64,000 nucleotides of DNA, from IMG/VR virus record IMGVR_UViG_3300028284_000001, one strand, 5' to 3'. The stretch's first letter is position 1, and every line of letters begins with the position of its first letter. Positions 1 to 10,401 of this stretch are shown one piece after another. The DNA is from a virus. Position numbers and translations under genes: made by a program. The notes beneath the pieces are model-generated. The model did not search any database. It saw only the letters and a list, made by a program, of their open reading frames with translations, and was not told the DNA's origin.

Positions 1-592
1 TTGCAGCCATTAAATCTTTTGTACCTCTTTGAATATTTTTATTACTAGAGTCACCGCCTGAACTTTCAATTTCTGAGTTATTTGCTCTTTGTTGATATAT
101 TTCTAAATCCCTTGCAATTCTTTTTGTACCCTCTTCTGCTGCCATTAAGTACATGGTTTGAGATTTAATAATATCTAACATTGATTTTTGTAGAGTTGCA
201 AGAACCTCAAACATTCTAGGTGCTAATTCACCCGAGTCAATTGTTTCTAACAAAGTTGTTAGTGCTTTTTCACCTGCATTTAATTGATAAATTAGAGAGG
301 ACATAGTCATCTCATCCATTCTTTTTTTTGCAGCAATATATTCATCCTTTTCAATAATATCAGCATCTAGATAGAATTTCATAAGAGCTGTAATAGTCTT
401 TTCTGCTTTTTTAGTAGCAGAAGACTTTAATTCTTTATAGTTTGTGGCAGGAACTAAATCTGTAGGTCTTGCTTGGATAGGAAGATCCTGTGGATCTGAT
501 TCAACATCCATTATGCCATCCCCAATTAAATCGTCTAGTTCTTTTCTTATTTCATCCGCTTGTTCGGATATAGTCTTTTTCTTCTCGCTCAT
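1..592 (-). CDS. terminase small subunit (T4 gp16-like), 3'-truncated by window edge
   Basis: Not in the ORF track. Own translation MSEKKKTISEQADEIRKEL...SGELAPRMFEVLATLQKSMLD; PRMFEV resembles the gp16 PRxxEV motif; late motif at 610-617. Confidence 0.65.
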   Translation of the reverse strand, partial: MSEKKKTISEQADEIRKELDDLIGDGIMDVESDPQDLPIQARPTDLVPATNYKELKSSATKKAEKTITALMKFYLDADIIEKDEYIAAKKRMDEMTMSSLIYQLNAGEKALTTLLETIDSGELAPRMFEVLATLQKSMLDIIKSQTMYLMAAEEGTKRIARDLEIYQQRANNSEIESSGGDSSNKNIQRGTKDLMAA

Positions 593-660
593 ATTATGAT
601 ATTATATAATATATATCTATGTAAGTTCGTGTAACAAATTTAATCTATTTTTGTTACAAA

Positions 661-2625
661 TTACCTAGATTGGTTATATCTTCTTAATTGAATTGATGGA
701 ATTGCGTTATCTATAATATGTGCTAATTGATTATCTCTAACTACATATTGTTGTAATACGTTTCTATGTTGATCAGCACCGATTGTCTTTTTAAATAATC
801 GTATGTTGGTTAACTTTAATTTACCAGGCATTAATGAATATTGTTTATCAGTTACCCATCCTTGTAATTCTGGTAAATCTTGCTTGTTATTCATAACTTC
901 TGTTAACGTATCTGTTATTGGCATATTAGGAGATTTATTACTACCTGGATGTAATTTGTAAACATAGGTTGCAATTTGCTTAAATGCATTGTTTAAATTA
1001 AATACCATACCGTACCAATTTCCATTAATTGGTTGTACTCCAAATGGGAATTGATAAATCTGCCCGTTAATGGTTGCTTTAACTACAGTTTGATTCATTG
1101 ATAATTTTAATCCCTTATTACCTAATGAACCGTCAAATAAAACTTGGTCTGCAGTTGGACTTGTTAAGCTAGGTTGGAACCATACTGTAAATGCTAAATT
1201 ATCAGCAGTAGATAAAGTTGAATTCTTTTTGTATACCAGGGCTTCAATACCTAAATCTTTAATTGTTGAAAGATCATAATGATTTTTAGAAACGATGGTC
1301 CATTTATTTCTAATTTCCATATCTGAAATAGTCATACTATTATGAATTCTATCTCTAATACCATCTCCTACTGGACTAAATACCGTTTGATATTGTTCAG
1401 GTTTAGAAGTTTGTGCATATTCATCTTTTAACTCTTCACCAAATATTTCTTCAATACCAGTTGTTAAGCTGTCCATTTCTACTTGCATCGCCTGTCCTGC
1501 TGCATCATCACCAACAATCGTAGAAGTTCTCTCTTCGTATTTTCTTAACATTACTCTCCAATAGGTCATTTCCATATTGAATTCATCTGCAAAAGAAACC
1601 GAAGCAACTTCATACATTCTATTCATTAATGGGAAATATAAGTAATCTCTAGCTCTCGGTGGTTTGTTTGCACCAAACGCTTGTTCCATTTGTCCCTTTG
1701 TAATATGGACTTCAAAATCTTCCCATCCCATTCCAAATATATCATATTGAAATTCTTGCGATGGCATCTCATTATCTGGAACCATTATTTTAACTTGACC
1801 TTGAGCCTGTACATTATATAGAGAATACTCCATTAATACGACATCTTTAGATCTTTTATCAGGTTCTACTCTAAAGTATTTTACATCATGACCCCACATA
1901 TTTGCACCTAGTTCTGAAATCTCTTTATAGATTGAAGTAGGTTTACTTAAATTATATGGATCGTAAATAGGATCTGAACATTCAACTACAATATTAGTAC
2001 ATCCATCTACATAAGGGTCTGTACATTCTGAACAAATTTGAGGACATGATACAATTGTACCGTTTCCTGTTTGTATTTGGAATTCAACGCTCACTAGACT
2101 AATACTATGTAAATTAGATAAAGCCATAACTTCAGCTCTAATATCAATCCAAAGTGGCTTGTTAGGGTCAAATGTTAAACCTAATAAATCATTAGGTCCT
2201 AAGTTAATATTAAGTGGTCTAAATTCAGACATTTGGCCACCACTCGTAATAACATCTTCCTGAGACCATCTAAAGTCATAGGCAAAATTATTATTAGAAT
2301 CTGGTACTTTAGAAAATGAAACTGAGGCTGCAGAAAAATTAGGTATTTCTACTGTTGTAAATGTTTGAGCAGCTATGTCTATTGTAGAAACTGTAAATAT
2401 ATTAGATCCTACATAAATCATATCACCCTCTACTAGGTCTAGGTTAGTTCCTATGCCTACAATAGTATTACTATCTTGTGTGATGTTTAATTTACCAATT
2501 GTATATGGCGAATGTACTTGTGCTAGTATATTCCAAGCTAAAATCTTATCAGTATCTGAATAAGGTTCTTGGAGTCTAGCGAAAATTTGATCGCCTATTT
2601 GATTTGCAGTATAATTAGTTACCAT
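661..2625 (-). CDS. neck/head-closure protein (T4 gp14-like core) with extra N- and C-terminal domains
   Basis: Central GHDVKYF...FGM...PRARDYLYFPLMNRMYEV segment resembles gp14; beta-rich LamG-like C-terminus; late promoter upstream. Confidence 0.6.
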   Translation of the reverse strand: MVTNYTANQIGDQIFARLQEPYSDTDKILAWNILAQVHSPYTIGKLNITQDSNTIVGIGTNLDLVEGDMIYVGSNIFTVSTIDIAAQTFTTVEIPNFSAASVSFSKVPDSNNNFAYDFRWSQEDVITSGGQMSEFRPLNINLGPNDLLGLTFDPNKPLWIDIRAEVMALSNLHSISLVSVEFQIQTGNGTIVSCPQICSECTDPYVDGCTNIVVECSDPIYDPYNLSKPTSIYKEISELGANMWGHDVKYFRVEPDKRSKDVVLMEYSLYNVQAQGQVKIMVPDNEMPSQEFQYDIFGMGWEDFEVHITKGQMEQAFGANKPPRARDYLYFPLMNRMYEVASVSFADEFNMEMTYWRVMLRKYEERTSTIVGDDAAGQAMQVEMDSLTTGIEEIFGEELKDEYAQTSKPEQYQTVFSPVGDGIRDRIHNSMTISDMEIRNKWTIVSKNHYDLSTIKDLGIEALVYKKNSTLSTADNLAFTVWFQPSLTSPTADQVLFDGSLGNKGLKLSMNQTVVKATINGQIYQFPFGVQPINGNWYGMVFNLNNAFKQIATYVYKLHPGSNKSPNMPITDTLTEVMNNKQDLPELQGWVTDKQYSLMPGKLKLTNIRLFKKTIGADQHRNVLQQYVVRDNQLAHIIDNAIPSIQLRRYNQSR

Positions 2626-2657
2626 TTAACTTAAAGACTATTCTAGTCTATTTTTTA

Positions 2658-3308
2658 TTATATATCTGAATCTTTATCAGTGATTAAAAGCATCTCAGGA
2701 TTATCAGCCTCATAATTTTCCAATATTGAAATAAATGCATTAGTAACGCTAAATATTTCAGCTTGATTATTTTCAGATAAATACAGATCTAATGCAGATA
2801 AAAACTCTCTAACTTTTATTAATTTAAAATGCTGGTTATTTTTCATTAAACCTGATTTTTCTAAAACCCTATTAACTAATGTAACTTCACTAGGGTGGAA
2901 TAAATCAAAGGTTCTAATAAATCCCCTAAGTACTTTTATATCATACTTAATTGTTTTAACTTGATCTACATTTACAATTCTATTATAGCTAGAATTTTTA
3001 TTTAGATTTACTTTGACATATTTTAAATTTGGCATAGTTTCAAAGATTTGCCAAATAAAATAAACAGATGTAGCTTCTTTATGGACAGTAGTATCACTAA
3101 CAGCTTTAAATCTAGAAATATCATCTGAAAAATTACGAGTGATATATGTTTTTAAAGTATCTGCTGAAATGACTCTCCAATTATCAGAATGTACTTTTGA
3201 TGTATATCCTCTAAGAATTATACCCCAAAGTTTTAAATCAATTGAGTTATACTTATATAAAGTAACATCAACTATTTCCGTAAAAGTATCGTTAATCGTT
3301 GTAGACAT
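2658..3308 (-). CDS. hypothetical protein
   Basis: 216-aa ORF overlapping the upstream gene, same strand as neighbours. Confidence 0.7.
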   Translation of the reverse strand: MSTTINDTFTEIVDVTLYKYNSIDLKLWGIILRGYTSKVHSDNWRVISADTLKTYITRNFSDDISRFKAVSDTTVHKEATSVYFIWQIFETMPNLKYVKVNLNKNSSYNRIVNVDQVKTIKYDIKVLRGFIRTFDLFHPSEVTLVNRVLEKSGLMKNNQHFKLIKVREFLSALDLYLSENNQAEIFSVTNAFISILENYEADNPEMLLITDKDSDI

Positions 3309-3720
3309 CTATTTGCTTTTCAATTTTTTTAAGGTCTGCATATAATTGATCTTTCGCAAATAATTTTAATTCACTCATTTCGCGCTGGCCTATTTCATTT
3401 TTATTCATGTAAAGCTCTACAGCTCTATCACTTGGGATATATTTATCCACTTCATTTTTCTTAGCCTTTTTAGTTTTAGTATAAAACCATCGTGGCACTG
3501 ATTTAAACCTGGAAGCTACCATTGACCAACTATCAACAACGCTTGCACCGTTGATACCATTGATATTAAACATCTGTGCATTTGCAGGATATTTAATAGA
3601 CATAAATCTATTAATCATGAAATGATGTCTCTTCTTATTATGTTGTTTTATTTTATTATATGTTGCTGGCTTTGTAAACATAATTTTCACAAAGTCAAAC
3701 AACTTAGTTTCGTCTAGCAT
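3292..3720 (-). CDS. clamp loader small subunit (gp62-like)
   Basis: FMINRFMS and RWFY segments, 142 aa, near the gp44-like gene, middle-type promoter. Confidence 0.55.
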   Translation of the reverse strand: MLDETKLFDFVKIMFTKPATYNKIKQHNKKRHHFMINRFMSIKYPANAQMFNINGINGASVVDSWSMVASRFKSVPRWFYTKTKKAKKNEVDKYIPSDRAVELYMNKNEIGQREMSELKLFAKDQLYADLKKIEKQIDVYND

Positions 3721-3749
3721 ATTAATTATATGTTAATAAGTTGGAAAGT

Positions 3750-3911
3750 TTACCCAATAAGGGTATTAAATGCATGTTGATAAGAATCTACTTTTGATAG
3801 ATTATGAAGCATTTCTATTTTAGTAGCAAGTTCTATAATTTCTGGTTTTAAATTATATGCATTTGCTTCTGCTAAGATTTCTTCTATATGAATATAGTCG
3901 TTTAAAGTCAT
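3750..3911 (-). CDS. small hypothetical protein (53 aa)
   Basis: MTLNDYIHIEEILAEANAYNLK..., TAATG-coupled to the RNase H stop; fills the gap; not in ORF track. Confidence 0.6.
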   Translation of the reverse strand: MTLNDYIHIEEILAEANAYNLKPEIIELATKIEMLHNLSKVDSYQHAFNTLIG

Positions 3912-5179
3912 TAGAATAAATTTTTAGTAGAATCCTTTTTAGTAGATTTTGCAATAGTCTTTTTACCAACTAACTTCATAGGAGTTTGCTTCTCTTCTGG
4001 AATATCCATGCCTGCAAAAGGATCTGGTGCAAAATTGTTTTTCTTAGCACCTTCTAACCAATCAGTATCTTTTAAGATTTTGTCCATTTCTAACAAAGCA
4101 TCTTTATTATCAATTGCACCTTCCCAATCTTTTTCAATTGCATCGTAAATTGCTTTTTGAATTGGATCTGGAATAGTTTCATTATGCAATAGCATTAAGC
4201 CGATATTTTGTGTAAGAGTAGTTTTAATTAATGTTAATGAACTGTGTCCGACAACTCTGTAGATAATATCTGATAATGTATCTTTAGCTTCTGATGAAAA
4301 TAAGTAATCTATTTTAAAGTCATTGAATTCTTTAACGAATTGACTGAAAATCATATCTGCTGTTTTATCAGTAATAGAATAGTTTCTAAGTTTACCGTTC
4401 TTCATTTCTTTTTGCCAAGTAACTACTGACGAAATGTTATCTGATTTATCTCCTGTAAGTATTTTCTTAAATATAAATTCATCACAGTTGATTTCTGTAG
4501 TAGTAATTTTATTAGCAGTTACCCATGACATGATGTCATATTGATAATTATCACGCAACATATTCTTACCGCCCATGTTGAATAACATATCATCGCCAGT
4601 CATGTCTTTTGAGGATGATTTAGCCATGTCAGCTTCAAAGCCTTGATAACCATAGAGAGATTTTTTAGTATTGTAATACCATATAGTATGCGCGTCGTTG
4701 GTAGTGGAATAGTTAACTAATTGAATAAGATCTCTATCACCAGTCCATACGATACAAGATTTACCTCTGGCATTCAACATTGTTGACCAACCGAAGATAA
4801 CATCATCTGCTTCTGCACCTTGTATTTGATGTACAGTAACACCTTTCTTAGCAAGAATTTCTTGAAATGCTTCATATACTTCATATACTGCAGTCCAATC
4901 TACTGTTTTGTTTTGCTTTCTAGTTCCTTTATATTGTGCTTCTGGATATAGATCCTTTCTCCATGATTTAGAATCTACAGTCAAAACAACATCATCAACA
5001 AACATCTTAAGCTTACGCATTTCAGATGCAAAGTCAATTGCTAGTTTTCTCATAAACTGTGATTTTTGCTTATCATCACCCAGAAGAAGCGCGCCGCCCT
5101 TTGGCTTTGGCATAACGAATAATCTACTAAAAACAAAGTAGTTACCGTCGATTAATAATGTATGTTTTCCCACTTTCAT
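3911..5179 (-). CDS. rnh: T4 RNase H / 5'-3' flap exonuclease
   Basis: LLIDGN, SWRK..YP..YKGTR, EADD, GDRDLIQL, LTGDKSDNI motifs. Confidence 0.9.
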   Translation of the reverse strand: MKVGKHTLLIDGNYFVFSRLFVMPKPKGGALLLGDDKQKSQFMRKLAIDFASEMRKLKMFVDDVVLTVDSKSWRKDLYPEAQYKGTRKQNKTVDWTAVYEVYEAFQEILAKKGVTVHQIQGAEADDVIFGWSTMLNARGKSCIVWTGDRDLIQLVNYSTTNDAHTIWYYNTKKSLYGYQGFEADMAKSSSKDMTGDDMLFNMGGKNMLRDNYQYDIMSWVTANKITTTEINCDEFIFKKILTGDKSDNISSVVTWQKEMKNGKLRNYSITDKTADMIFSQFVKEFNDFKIDYLFSSEAKDTLSDIIYRVVGHSSLTLIKTTLTQNIGLMLLHNETIPDPIQKAIYDAIEKDWEGAIDNKDALLEMDKILKDTDWLEGAKKNNFAPDPFAGMDIPEEKQTPMKLVGKKTIAKSTKKDSTKNLF

Positions 5180-5201
5180 ATTTTGTGTGTTTTAATTCCT
5201 A

Positions 5202-5229
5202 TACTAATATACGAAAAATATTTGACATA
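5202..5229 (-). promoter_or_regulatory. putative early promoter TATGTCA-N7-TTCGTATATTAGTA
   Basis: Same motif and spacing at 37919-37946 (-) and 52220-52247 (+); always just upstream of a start codon. Confidence 0.7.
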
Positions 5230-5254
5230 GAAAAATGTTTTGGCAATTATTTTG

Positions 5255-6211
5255 TTATTTTTTTACAATTCCTTGAATATCATATACACAGCTTAACATT
5301 GTGATTACCGGATCTATTACATGAATTCTTTGAGCTTGGTGTTTAGCAACCGAAATAACTACTTGCGGAATATGCTTTACACTTTGCAAACGTTCTTGTT
5401 TTATATATTCTACAAACTCTGCACCTAATGATTGTAAAACATCATCAACTCTATTAGAATAATTGCTTACTAGAAGCTGATAATTTTTAGCAGGATCTGA
5501 TTCGTTAAATACTAATTCAAATACATCTTTATAGACAGAGTTAAATTTCTTAACATCTTCTATTGTAATATTTGTAGTACCTTGTGTTTTATAGCCCTGT
5601 AATTTATTTAGAGTAGATCTAAGATCTGGAAAGTTACGTCTAACAAATTCTACAAGTGCATCTTTTTGAATTGTCATTTCTTCTTTTCCACATATATCAT
5701 AAACTCTTCTAATATATTTCTTTGTTAATTCGCTTTCTTCTTCTTTATCAAAGTCAAAATTAATAACTTCAAATCTTGATAGAATAGGATCTGGTAGTTT
5801 ATTGATATAGTTACATGTTGCAATAAATCTAGAATTAGATGCAAATTGTTCCATAGTAGCTCTTAACGCTTTAAAGAATTGATCAGATACTCCATCAACC
5901 TCATCTAGTATTACTACCTTAAACATCCCTGGAGCATCCATTATAGATACAGTTGAACAGAAATCTATAATCTTTGTTCTAATAACATCTACCGATGTGT
6001 CTGTGGACGCGTTGATGTACAGGTATGGCAATTGGAACTGATTTACAATGGCTTTTGCACAAGAAGTCTTACCTGTCCCTGGTGAGCCCGCAAACAGCAT
6101 ATTCTGTACTAGTCCATCTTTAAATTTGGACATCACTCTTTCAGGAAGGATTAGTTCCTCTAAATTCTTTGGTCTGTATTTCTCAGTGAATAGCTGATTT
6201 ATCGATTGCAT
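5255..6211 (-). CDS. clamp loader large subunit (gp44 / RFC-like AAA+)
   Basis: EKYRP, Walker A GSPGTGKT, Walker B ILDEVD, ILSRF. Confidence 0.93.
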   Translation of the reverse strand: MQSINQLFTEKYRPKNLEELILPERVMSKFKDGLVQNMLFAGSPGTGKTSCAKAIVNQFQLPYLYINASTDTSVDVIRTKIIDFCSTVSIMDAPGMFKVVILDEVDGVSDQFFKALRATMEQFASNSRFIATCNYINKLPDPILSRFEVINFDFDKEEESELTKKYIRRVYDICGKEEMTIQKDALVEFVRRNFPDLRSTLNKLQGYKTQGTTNITIEDVKKFNSVYKDVFELVFNESDPAKNYQLLVSNYSNRVDDVLQSLGAEFVEYIKQERLQSVKHIPQVVISVAKHQAQRIHVIDPVITMLSCVYDIQGIVKK

Positions 6212-6227
6212 ATAGTTATGTTTGGTT

Positions 6228-6256
6228 ATTATAGTGTCAAAGTACCAAAATGTTTC
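6228..6256 (-). promoter_or_regulatory. putative middle promoter GAAAC-N18-TATAAT
   Basis: One of about 12 copies with 17-18 nt spacing, mostly upstream of replication genes. Confidence 0.7.
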
Positions 6257-6271
6257 ATAGATAAATACAAT

Positions 6272-6760
6272 ATGGCAATAGTTATTAAAAAGACTGGAGG
6301 TCCATGGCCTGCTAACAGGTATGGTATCATTCTAAAGTACTTACCAAGATTTTTAAGAAAGTTTCTAATTAATCACAGAAATCTTGCAAAATGGTCAGAT
6401 GACGATCAATTCATGGAATGTGTCTTAAAAATACAAAGACCTAAATCCACCACTTCTACTAAAATATATTGGGATATGGTTAACGATAGAGCCCTAGACG
6501 AAAAGGGTCTAGAGAGATCATATAATACTATTGATTGGTATTGTGCTATTTCACTTAAACCTATTAAGGCTAAGTTTATGAACTTCGATCTTGAGAATTT
6601 TATACATCAGGAATATTATGATGTGTTAGATGCTCCAATGGTAGACAGTCGTATACTTAAATCATCAGTTGACTTTCGTAATAAATGTAAAAAACTCCTG
6701 CTCGCAGAACGAGAGGAGTTTCTTAAACTTGCTAAAAAGAACGCTAAGCGCTCTCTTTAA
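6272..6760 (+). CDS. hypothetical protein (probable start MAIVIKK)
   Basis: Fills the gap between minus-strand genes; GATAAATA late-like motif at 6260-6267 just before the ATG. Confidence 0.7.
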   Translation: MAIVIKKTGGPWPANRYGIILKYLPRFLRKFLINHRNLAKWSDDDQFMECVLKIQRPKSTTSTKIYWDMVNDRALDEKGLERSYNTIDWYCAISLKPIKAKFMNFDLENFIHQEYYDVLDAPMVDSRILKSSVDFRNKCKKLLLAEREEFLKLAKKNAKRSL

Positions 6761-6762
6761 TA

Positions 6763-8781
6763 TTACATTAACGCTTTAAATTTATCAGCAACAGACATAC
6801 CTTCATAAAGTTTAACCTTTTTAGGTAATTCTACTTTTGCTTCTTCAACAAATTCTTCAGCATTTTCTTTATCATCCTTAGAAACATCTTCTACTGGATA
6901 TTCTTCGTCTCCAACTTTAAAAGTCTTTTCGCCTTTTGCAATTGCTTCTGCTCTTGCAGCACCGAATTCATTTCCTTCTTCAATTTCTTCAATTTCTTCA
7001 GATTCTTTAATACCGAAATGATCTTTAGCCATTGCTAAAAGTTCAGCATAAGTATATTTACCAGAAAGAGCGTCATTTGCAATAGTTCCTTCAGGTTTAC
7101 CAACAGAATACATTGCTTGATCGTCAAATCCAAGACCTTCCGACCATGGTTTCTTTGGATCGAATCCTAATTCAGACGCTAATGATTGTGAAAGAGAAGT
7201 ATTTCCTCTAAATTGATCATTGTAACCTAATTTGTCATCTCCAAATGCAGATGAATCGACTGTCTTTCTTCCTTCTTCAAGATTTGTACCGCCTCCTGTT
7301 TTAGCAGATGCTGTCTCAGAGTAGCTAATTTCTTTTGCAACAGTTACTACATCGTCATCAGAACCATCTTCTTTTTTACCTGTGAAATCTTGTTCGCCTT
7401 CATATTTAGGCTTTTGTTCATCTTCTCCAGTTTGTGGATTAGCAACTGGAACCGTTTTACCTTTTTCTTCTGCTGCAATAACTTTAAAACCTTCATTACC
7501 GGCGATAAATGCATCAGCTAATTGCTTTGATGTTTTTTCAGCTTCAGATTCTACCGCATCAATTTCATCATAAGTTGATTCCATAGTATCTATTCTATCT
7601 GAGTACTCATCTTTAGCAGCAAGAACATCCGCTTCTTTAGAATCTCCTTCATATCCAAATGCTAGAGAATAATCTTTTTTACCGATAGCACCATACGCAG
7701 CTTTTAATTCAGAAAGCTTTGTTTTAGCTTCTTTAGCTAAGTCTTTATTTTGAGGGTCTGCAGCAAGTGCTCCAGTTGCAGCTCCAAATTCTGAAATACC
7801 CTTCATATAAGCCTGAATCTTTTGAAGTGCTGCTGCCTCATCACCTGTTGTATTAGCAATTTCTGCTTCTAAATCAGAAGCAGCCTTTGCAGCTTTTTCT
7901 TGGGCTTTTTTAGAAGCTTCTGCTTGGGCTTTAATATCTTTATTTGTTCTTTCTTCAGCTGCCTTATCTAATCTTTTCTGTCTATCTTCATCCTCGATAA
8001 ATTCATCTTGAACTTTTCTGGTTTTTTTCAGAAATTCATCATCAGTGTCTCTTTCGATCTTTAATTTTTTTAGATCCCATTGAGCAGCAATTGCAGGAGA
8101 ATCACTCACTTTATTATCACTAATTAATTTTGAAATTTTTGTACCAAAATCTGCAACTAATCTATCTTGCTTTGTAGCTTGATCTGCTTTTTCTCTATCT
8201 AGTTTTTTACCAGCTTGTTCTTTCATTGCAGCAAGCTTAGCATCTCTAACCAATCTAGCTTTCTTTTTTGCAGCAGGGTTATCTAATTTGTCAATAGCAT
8301 CATTAAGTTTATCTTTAATCTTATCTTCTGCTTGTGCTAATCTTTCTTCTTTATTTTGGTCAAATTTATACCCAAATATAGTTTTATCTAATTCCGCCGT
8401 CTTTTTCTTTTTATATAACTTAGGGTACATAGAATTAAGTTTTGCAGCTGCAGCACCAGCTTTAAACATCGCCATTAAAGTAGCACCTGCATTTTCGTTT
8501 AATTCTAAATTAACGTCTTCGTTAAAAACTTCTTCGATAATTGCGTCAATGCTTTCTGTAATTTGTTTTGAAAGTTGTTCTAGGTTAGTTAAGATAGTAT
8601 CGACATCTTGTACGATTTCTGCTCTTACCTCTTCTCCTGATTTAGCAGAAGTCTGTTGTGTACCTACAGTAGTAGAATCTGTCTTAACTGCAGGAGCAGT
8701 TGTTTGACCTGGTTTTGAAATCTCACCAGCAGTAAATTCTTCCTGTAATAGTAATGGTTTTTTGAATTTCTTATTTGCCAT
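6763..8781 (-). CDS. putative internal head protein, long Ala/Lys coiled coil
   Basis: Directly downstream of the capsid gene, own late promoter (8823-8830), several [ILV]xE sites (ITE, LNE, LEE, IKE, IEE). Confidence 0.55.
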   Translation of the reverse strand: MANKKFKKPLLLQEEFTAGEISKPGQTTAPAVKTDSTTVGTQQTSAKSGEEVRAEIVQDVDTILTNLEQLSKQITESIDAIIEEVFNEDVNLELNENAGATLMAMFKAGAAAAKLNSMYPKLYKKKKTAELDKTIFGYKFDQNKEERLAQAEDKIKDKLNDAIDKLDNPAAKKKARLVRDAKLAAMKEQAGKKLDREKADQATKQDRLVADFGTKISKLISDNKVSDSPAIAAQWDLKKLKIERDTDDEFLKKTRKVQDEFIEDEDRQKRLDKAAEERTNKDIKAQAEASKKAQEKAAKAASDLEAEIANTTGDEAAALQKIQAYMKGISEFGAATGALAADPQNKDLAKEAKTKLSELKAAYGAIGKKDYSLAFGYEGDSKEADVLAAKDEYSDRIDTMESTYDEIDAVESEAEKTSKQLADAFIAGNEGFKVIAAEEKGKTVPVANPQTGEDEQKPKYEGEQDFTGKKEDGSDDDVVTVAKEISYSETASAKTGGGTNLEEGRKTVDSSAFGDDKLGYNDQFRGNTSLSQSLASELGFDPKKPWSEGLGFDDQAMYSVGKPEGTIANDALSGKYTYAELLAMAKDHFGIKESEEIEEIEEGNEFGAARAEAIAKGEKTFKVGDEEYPVEDVSKDDKENAEEFVEEAKVELPKKVKLYEGMSVADKFKALM

Positions 8782-8845
8782 AATATGGTTATGTTTTGTT
8801 TTAATTAAAATGTTCGTTTAGTTATATATCTACCATATTCTGAAT

Positions 8846-8875
8846 AAAAGAAAAGGCCCTCAAAAGAGGGCCTTT
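8846..8875 (-). terminator. intrinsic terminator after the major capsid gene
   Basis: AAAGGCCCTC-N4-GAGGGCCTTT stem followed by a T-rich tract on the minus strand. Confidence 0.85.
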
Positions 8876-8903
8876 AATATAAAAATTAAGATTGAACTAT
8901 AAA

Positions 8904-10286
8904 TTATAGTGCAAAGTTAGTAACAGTGAATTTCTCATACTGAGTACCAGCATGGAATCCAGCTTCTACTAATGCGTATCTAGATTTTACAGCTACTTTC
9001 GGAGCCATAGTACCTTCAACGATTGCTTGAACTGATTCAGCCATTAAGTAAGGCATGAATACTAATCCAGGACCATTACCATCACCTTTTCTACCAACTA
9101 ATACTTCATTTGACATGAAATCAATAGATGGGTCAGTGTAAACATTAATACCAGCTACAGAACCTAAAGGATAGATTGAACCTGCAACTTGATTAAATGT
9201 GTTAGCCATTGGATAAGCTACGAAACCTGCAACAGATTGTAAAGCAGATGCGATAGCACCACCAACAACTGCGAAGTTACCAGCACCTCTTCTACCTCTT
9301 TGAGCGATTAAGTTAGCCGCTGCTAAGATGTTAGTTAAGATTTTTCTTTGCTTATCAGCTTCAGTCTCACCACCTTGTAGACCACCAGCTGGAGCATAAT
9401 CAAATCCAGCGATACCAGAACCAGCCATATCTCTCATCTTTAATAAGATGTGATTGTTGATAGACTGAGTTAATTCGTTAGTTAAAACTGCTTCTACTTG
9501 AGCAACAGCATCAACACCGAATTGTTTAAGATCTTGTACTTGTTCTCTTGTTACGGCAGCAGCAACTTGGAAAGTTTGAGCTGAAACGCTTTTTGAGAAT
9601 AAAGATAGACCCATTACTTTGTCCATAGTTTGTTCACCAACTTCTCTGTTCATTGGTACACCTAAATTAGCATCAGATGCAGCACCTGAAAATTCAGGAA
9701 TGTGATCTTCTAAAGCTTTTACTAATCTTACATTAGAATTAGCTTCAAAGTATTCTGACATGTTTAAAGTATGTCCATCAGCACCATCAACAGTTGCATC
9801 AATTGCAATTGAATAGATAGTATCTCCTGAAATTCTTGAAGTACCAGCATCAACAACACCAGTAGCAGCACCTAAAGGAGCAGTTTCTGAGATTACATAA
9901 GTTGGAGAAGTAGTTCCTTTGATTTTACCACCTTCGTAAACGAAATCTAGGTAAGATAAAAGACCCATTGGTCCAGCCATTGGTACAACAGGTACTAAAT
10001 CAAGACCGATTGTTTGTGCAGCAACTTGCATTGCTAAAGGTAAAAGAGTTGGGGCTTTATCGCCTGATCCATCTGCATTACCTGCAGTAGGGAAGTTTGT
10101 TCCTCCCATACCAAAGATGTTACCTGCAGTCCCTAAAGACATGAAGTTTGCATCTTCATAAAGCTTGTGATTGTGACAGTATTCTGACATCCAAGCTAGT
10201 TTTGCGCTTTCGTTAATTCCAGTTGCTTCCGAGATAATCGGAGACCAAGTGTTTCTAACTTCAGCTTCATTAATTAAATTTGCCAT
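8904..10286 (-). CDS. major capsid protein (T4 gp23-like)
   Basis: DLVPVVPMAGPMG, EQVQDLK, RRGAGNF, PYLM, KSRYAL motifs; follows portal and protease. Confidence 0.93.
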   Translation of the reverse strand: MANLINEAEVRNTWSPIISEATGINESAKLAWMSEYCHNHKLYEDANFMSLGTAGNIFGMGGTNFPTAGNADGSGDKAPTLLPLAMQVAAQTIGLDLVPVVPMAGPMGLLSYLDFVYEGGKIKGTTSPTYVISETAPLGAATGVVDAGTSRISGDTIYSIAIDATVDGADGHTLNMSEYFEANSNVRLVKALEDHIPEFSGAASDANLGVPMNREVGEQTMDKVMGLSLFSKSVSAQTFQVAAAVTREQVQDLKQFGVDAVAQVEAVLTNELTQSINNHILLKMRDMAGSGIAGFDYAPAGGLQGGETEADKQRKILTNILAAANLIAQRGRRGAGNFAVVGGAIASALQSVAGFVAYPMANTFNQVAGSIYPLGSVAGINVYTDPSIDFMSNEVLVGRKGDGNGPGLVFMPYLMAESVQAIVEGTMAPKVAVKSRYALVEAGFHAGTQYEKFTVTNFAL

Positions 10287-10401
10287 TTTGTTAAATTATA
10301 TTTTTAATGGTTTTATGCTTCTTTCTATTATTAGATTAAAGCTCGACTTGCTTGGGTTTTCTGCTTCGATACCCTGTATCGTCGATTAGTTTATATATTG
10401 T

